NCBI GenBank assembly: GCA_050613775.1
Contig: JBODTK010000140.1
Coordinates: 1 to 64,000, forward strand
DNA length: 64,000 nucleotides
Origin: Neocallimastix sp. 'constans'
Lineage: Eukaryota
Direction: 5' to 3'
Shown: piece after piece, positions 58,335 to 64,000 of the stretch
Numbering within the stretch: position 1 is the first letter of the stretch
Layout: the number at the start of each line of letters is the position of its first letter
Position numbers and translations under genes: made by a program
The notes under the pieces: model-generated
Seen by the model: the letters and a program-made list of their open reading frames with translations, nothing else
Told to the model about the DNA's origin: nothing
Databases searched by the model: none

Positions 58335-60275
58335 ATGGATATAAATAATCAAAGTAGTATTAGTCATGAAATTCCCAAAACATGTTGGAATATTAAAAAG
58401 TTTAATAATAATGACCCATCCATTAGCTCTGTTATTGTTCCAACTACAGATAATAGACAAAATAGTGCTGACTTTCCAAGCTTAAAAGAAGCTTCATCAA
58501 AATTAAATAAAAAAAATGAAAGTAAAAATAAGAAAAAGGTTGCACCCCCTTTTTTACGAAATAAAAGTAAAAAATCATTACTTACTGATGTAAAAGTATT
58601 AAAAATTAATAATCTTAATTTAAATTATCAAGAGTATTGCTCTCCTATAAAAAAAGAATTTAATTATAGTAGATCATTCATTGATGCTACTAAAAGTAAT
58701 AATGAAAAGAAAGAGGAAGATTTAAGTAAAGCAGTTGTACCTTATTCTCCGTATAGTAATTATCATAATATGTTTATGCCACCCCCATACTCATCATTAT
58801 ATCAATACTGGTGGAAAATTCCTAGATGTGGATTTGATATAATGAATGGAGAATATGGTGATGATTGTAATAGTCACTTAAAAAAATTAATAGACATTGT
58901 TCAAGGCAATGATACGTCATCGTCAAGTAATAATCATAATGAACAGGAACTTCAAAATATGATAAATATTATAAAAACATTAAATTTGAAGTTTTGTGAT
59001 ATGAGTAAAAGTAATTATGATACATCATTATATGCAAATTCACATACAATATCAAAGATTAAAATCAAGGATATACCACCACCACATACAAAAAATCATT
59101 GTAAATATAATGAAATTTTATTTCTATAATTTAAAATAATAATAAAAATAAAAATAATAGTAATAGTAGTAATAATTATAATAATTATAATAATTATAAT
59201 AATAATAGGAAAGTAGTAATAGTAATTATAAATTTTTTGTTTTTAATTTTAATATTAATTGTTTTCTTCTATAAAAAAAAAAAAAAAAAATAGTCAAAAC
59301 AAAAAGTAAATTAGTTAAATTAGAATCTATTATACCAAAAAAAGAACCAGAAATTATTATTGATAAAATTGAACATCTTGAAGATATATTCAAAATATTC
59401 CAAGGAATTAAAGTTACGAATGGTCCTAGTAGTAAATATACAATATTAATGCATCTTTTATTTTACTTAACGCCGAGAGAATTATGTCTCATGTCTCGAG
59501 TATGTAAATCATGGAGAAAAGAATTGCTTAATTCTAAATATTCTGTTGATTTATGGTGGAACATATGGATGAATATTGTTTGGGTTGGTAAAGCTCAAAA
59601 AGAAAAAGAAGGTTATGATAAATATTTAGAACGTTCAAAAAGTTTAAATGAACTCTCGAGTTTATCATCATCCCGTGAATCATTAACTTCACTATCCTCA
59701 ATATCTTTAAGTAATTTCAAAAGTTCTAATTCCAATGAGAGTTTAAAACTTAGTAAAAAATTAATGTTTCCATGGTATCATACTATTACTCGCGCAGAAA
59801 GAAAAAGAGGAACTAAAGTCTGGGTTGAAAAAGCTGTTGAAGAATATAGGAAAACTGAAGTTAGAGGAATAGAAATAATTAGTAATTCATCAAGTGATGA
59901 AGAAAGTTCATCAGAATCAGATGAAGATAGGTAATATAATTAATATAATTTTATATTTATATTTTATTCAAATATTATTATATATTATAATAATAATAAT
60001 AATAATAATATATATTTTACGTTTAATATTTTTATTATTAATATTATTAATATTATTTTTTATGATTATATTCTAACTATAAATAAATATATATATATAT
60101 ATACAATAGTCCAAAATATCAAAGACCAGAAGGAAGAGGAAAATTAACCTCAGAAGAAAAAAATGAATCAAGAACCCAATATAAGTTAATGGGATCAAAA
60201 CCAAAAACTAAAAAACCATGGACAAGAGAGAAAGGAATATCGAAAGAATGGCTTTTCCACAATGATTTATTATAA
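58335..60275 (+). CDS. F-box domain protein, 522 aa, 3 exons
   Basis: Exons 58335-59100, 59294-59930, 60110-60275 join in frame; F-box-like ILMHLLFYLTPRELCLMSRVCKSWR...LW. Confidence 0.8.
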
Positions 60276-60319
60276 ATAAACAATTACTTAAATTTTGTTT
60301 ACTGAAAAAGAGAAAAAAA

Positions 60320-60350
<31 letters not shown>

Positions 60351-60896
60351 TTTTTTTTTTTTTCCTGAATATTCCTTGTAATAACTAAAGATTTAACGCA
60401 TATTATGAGAAAAAATTAATAATAATTATATAATAAATATATTTTGTTACTTTTTAATTTAAATTAAAACTACTTTTAATTATCCTTCAAAAAAAAAAAA
60501 AAAAATTAAAAAATAAAAATATATAATATATATTTAATTAAAATAACTTATACTATTGTACAATAATATATATTTATTATATATCAAGAAATAATATCTT
60601 ATTAAAAATTATTATTAAAAATATTATAAAATAAAAAATATTAATTAAAATATAATATAATATTAAAAATTTTATATAGTTTAATTATTTGTATATCATA
60701 ATAAAAGGAACTCTAGTATTTATTTTTTAGTAATTAGTATTTGGATTTATTTAATTTTATTGTAAAATTTACAATTAAGTAAAAATTTTAATTCAATACC
60801 AAAGTATTATTCAAAAATGATTAGATAATTATAAATATAATATGAAATATATTTGGTGTTAACATAAGCATAATAAAATATAATCAAAATATATAT

Positions 60897-61139
60897 TGTT
60901 AAGGAGTCAATATAAGATATGATGTGTACACAACAAAATGTATTATTATTTAATTAAATTTAATTTATTATTTATTAATTTATATGATTTAAAAAAATAT
61001 TTAAAAAGACTCAAAATATTAATTTCATAAAAAAATTTTCTTTTTATATTTTACATACAAATTATTACTTAATCAAATATTATAAATATTTATAATACTT
61101 TAATGTACAAAAGTTTAAATATTATGTTGAACTTTAACA
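60897..61139 (-). repeat. 3' LTR of the copia element (~243 bp)
   Basis: TGTTAA...TTAACA termini with extended imperfect inverted similarity; an alternative outer end at 60857 cannot be excluded. Confidence 0.65.
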
Positions 61140-61240
61140 TTCCCCCTACATTAAGTATTATATAATATTTTAATTATTATATACAAGTTTTTTTTTTTTT
61201 TTTTTTTTTTTAAAAATATATATATACAATTAAAGAAATA

Positions 61241-63137
61241 TTATTCTTTGAAAATTAAATTTGTAAATTTTGTCATTTGTACTCCTGAGATACTTTTAGT
61301 TAATGGATCAGCTAACATGTTTTCAGTATTAATGTATTCTAATTCAATTTCGTTTTTCATAATCTCTTCTTGAATAAATTTATATCTTAAATCTATATGT
61401 TTACATCTTCCTTTAGAATTTGTATCTTGAGCAATTGCAATGCATGCCTTATTATCTACCATAATTTTAAATTTTATATCTTGATTAAATATTTCCTTAA
61501 ATAAATTTTTGAACCATAAAGCTTGTTTAGTACATTCAGTTAAACTAACAAATTCAGCTTCAGCAGTAGATAAAGTTACGTTTTTCTGTAACTGAGATTT
61601 CCATGAAATAGGGCTTTTTCCAAGTAAAAATATATATCCACTTGTAGATCTTCTCGTCTTTTCATCGTTAGCAAAATCTGAATCTGAGTATCCGATAAAT
61701 TTATTATTTTTATTATAATGTAAAGATTTATTTTTTGTACCATTTAAATATTGTAAGATGCTCATTAAATTTTTATAATCAGCTTCTGTTGGATTTTCAC
61801 ATATTCTTGAGGCTTCACTTACAGAAAACATTATATCAGGCCTTGACTTTACAGCGATATATAGTAACGCACCAAGTAAAGATTTATATTCTTTTGGATC
61901 TATTAAATTTGAATTATTTCTTTCATGTTCTGTAATTTTCCTGCATGGTGTTTTAATTTGTTTTGTTTTCTTCATATTATATTTTTCTATTATTTTATTA
62001 ATATAATCTATCTGATTTATTTTATAACCATCACTTGTTTTATAAATATTTATACCTATTATTTTAGTTGCATTAGAATCTTTAGAAATTTTATATTTAT
62101 CTTTTAATTTGCTTACTGTATAGTTTATTTCATTTTTAATTCCTGTTATTAAAATATCATCTACATATAATGTTAGTAAACATGTTAATTTATTATTTTT
62201 ATTATATTTCCCAAAGAGACATTTGTCAGTTTTGTAATTTCTAAAACCTATACTTACTAAGTAATTTGATATTTCATTATACCACATTCTTCCAGCCTGT
62301 TTTAAACCATAAAGAGCTTTTTTAAGTAGCCAGAATTTATTAGTATTAAAATTTTTATCACCATAAGGAATCTTTGTATAAATCTTTTCTTCCAAATTTG
62401 CATTCAAGTAAGCAGCTTTTATATCCAATTGTTTCAAATCCCAGTTGAACTTTGATGCAATAGCGACCGTAAGTCTTAGACTATCTGCTTGGACTGTTGG
62501 GGAGTATGTCTCTATAAAGTCTTCTCCAGCAATTTGCTGACAACCAAGAGCCACTAATCTTGCCTTTTTCTTCTTTTTATCCTTTTCGGCAAAGACCCAT
62601 TTAGTACCAATTATATTTGCGTCAGCTGGTATGTTTTTTACCACTTTCATAACATTGTTGTCGTACATATTTTTTAATTCGTCATCTATTGCTTCTTTCC
62701 ATTCTTCACTTTCTGGTGAATTAATAGCTTGTTGATACGTTGTTGGGATATTTGTTTTAATATTTAAAATTTTAAATCTTTTATTACTTACTGATTGTAA
62801 TTTTTCTTTTCTGGAAGTTAAATTTTCTTCATCTGAATCATCTGAATTATTGCTATGTGATCTTTTCTTGTTTATATATTTAAGTTTTCTTTCATTTAAA
62901 AATTCATTATCAGATTCACTATTATATTCATTTTCTTCTATTTTAGTTTTATTATTATTATTAATAATTTTATTACTATTATTATTATTGTCATTATTAT
63001 AAATATCTTTGTAATTATCATAATTATTATTAATATCATTGTTATAAATATCGTTGTTATTATCATAATTATTATTATAATTATTATTAATATCATTGTT
63101 ATAAATATCGTTGTTGTTATCATAATTATTATTATAA

Positions 63138-63168
<31 letters not shown>

Positions 63169-63174
63169 AATTGC

Positions 63175-63214
<40 letters not shown>

Positions 63215-63883
63215 TAAAGGATTATTTAATTGTGAATGAATATTATTATTATCATTTATACTTTCCCCCTCAATTAAAGAATCCTTAAAATTAATAATAG
63301 AATCAATATATTTATCACAAAAGAATGTAGTATTAATAGTTCCAGGCATATCTTCCATAAAATAAACATCTCTTGAAGTAACTATAGAGTTAGTAGAAAT
63401 ATCTAAAATTTTGTAGCCAAGAGAGTCAGATGCATATCCTAAAAATATACCAGGTTTAGAGTTATTGTCAAATTTATTCGTTTTATGATTGTTATAGAAA
63501 AATGCTTTACATCCAAAAACTTTAAGGTGAGAAATATCAACTGATTTATTGAAAAATAATTCATTTGGAATTTTATTATTAATACTCTGATGTGGATTCA
63601 AGTTATAGAGGTAAGCAGCACAAAGAATAGCGGAATCCCAAAACTTGTAGGGTAGCTTAGCAGAGTTTAATAGAGTAGATGCGCAACGATTAAGTGTTTG
63701 ATTTAAGCGTTCAGCACGACCATTTTGTTGTGGGTAACCAGGAACTGAATGAATGAAATTAATTCCAAAATTTTCTAAATAGGTAGTTAAAGTTTTGTTG
63801 ATATACTCAGTACCATTGTCAGATTTGAAATTTATAATTTTATATGAAGTAGTATTGGAAATAAATTTATGAAATTTAATAAA
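61241..63883 (-). CDS. Copia Pol polyprotein (5'-partial): integrase, RT, RNase H
   Basis: Frame stays open upstream of the called ORF: FKSDNGTEY..PQQNGRAERLNQTL..LPYKFW; HLKVFGC; KARLVALG; QLDIKAAYLN; LYGLKQAGR; LYVDDILI; GYSDSD; KHIDLRYKFI; ADPLTK. Confidence 0.95.
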
Positions 63884-63884
63884 T

Positions 63885-64000
63885 TGTTAAGATTTTGATA
63901 TAATTTATAATTTAAATTTAAATAAAATAATATGTTTTAATAAAAATATTCACTAAGTCGATATGTCTATATAGTAATATACTATATAAATATATAATAA
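63885..64000. mobile_element. Probable LTR of a second, nested element interrupting the integrase
   Basis: Integrase frame stops exactly where TGTTAAGATTTTGATATAA begins; this resembles the LTR end TGTTAAGGAGTCAATATAA at 60897. Confidence 0.55.

Larger units (their letters stand above)
60897..63884 (-). mobile_element. Ty1/copia LTR retrotransposon, 3' part (integrase core, RT, RNase H, PPT, 3' LTR)
   Basis: Copia domain order IN-RT-RH. Polypurine tract (AGGGGGA, minus strand, 61141-61147) sits next to an LTR beginning TGTTAA at 61139. Confidence 0.93.

Overview
Extremely AT-rich, intron-rich eukaryotic DNA, almost certainly from an anaerobic gut fungus (Neocallimastigomycota): it has fungal dockerins, CBM29 modules, and long poly-A/T and (ATT)n tracts. 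I reconstructed eight spliced genes by hand. They encode an organelle-targeted orphan with an mS38/Cox24-like N-terminal motif, VPS11 (17 exons), a cellulosomal NCP1-like protein (3 dockerins + 2 CBM29), an RS/RRM protein resembling NELF-E, a PL4-CBM1-CE12 pectinase fusion, a TigA/ERp38-type PDI, Tudor-SN (SND1) and an F-box protein. The window also holds degenerate LINE pieces and a Ty1/copia element that appears interrupted by a nested LTR at the window edge. Five observations stand out: (1) a textbook U12-type AT-AC minor intron in VPS11; (2) a candidate fungal NELF-E with a cap-binding-complex-type C-terminal motif; (3) an in-frame TGA at the ligand-binding Trp of an otherwise intact CBM29-2; (4) an mS38-like protein lacking its ribosomal tail in a lineage without mtDNA; (5) a bifunctional rhamnogalacturonan lyase/acetylesterase. 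All homology calls come from recalled family motifs, not from database searches.
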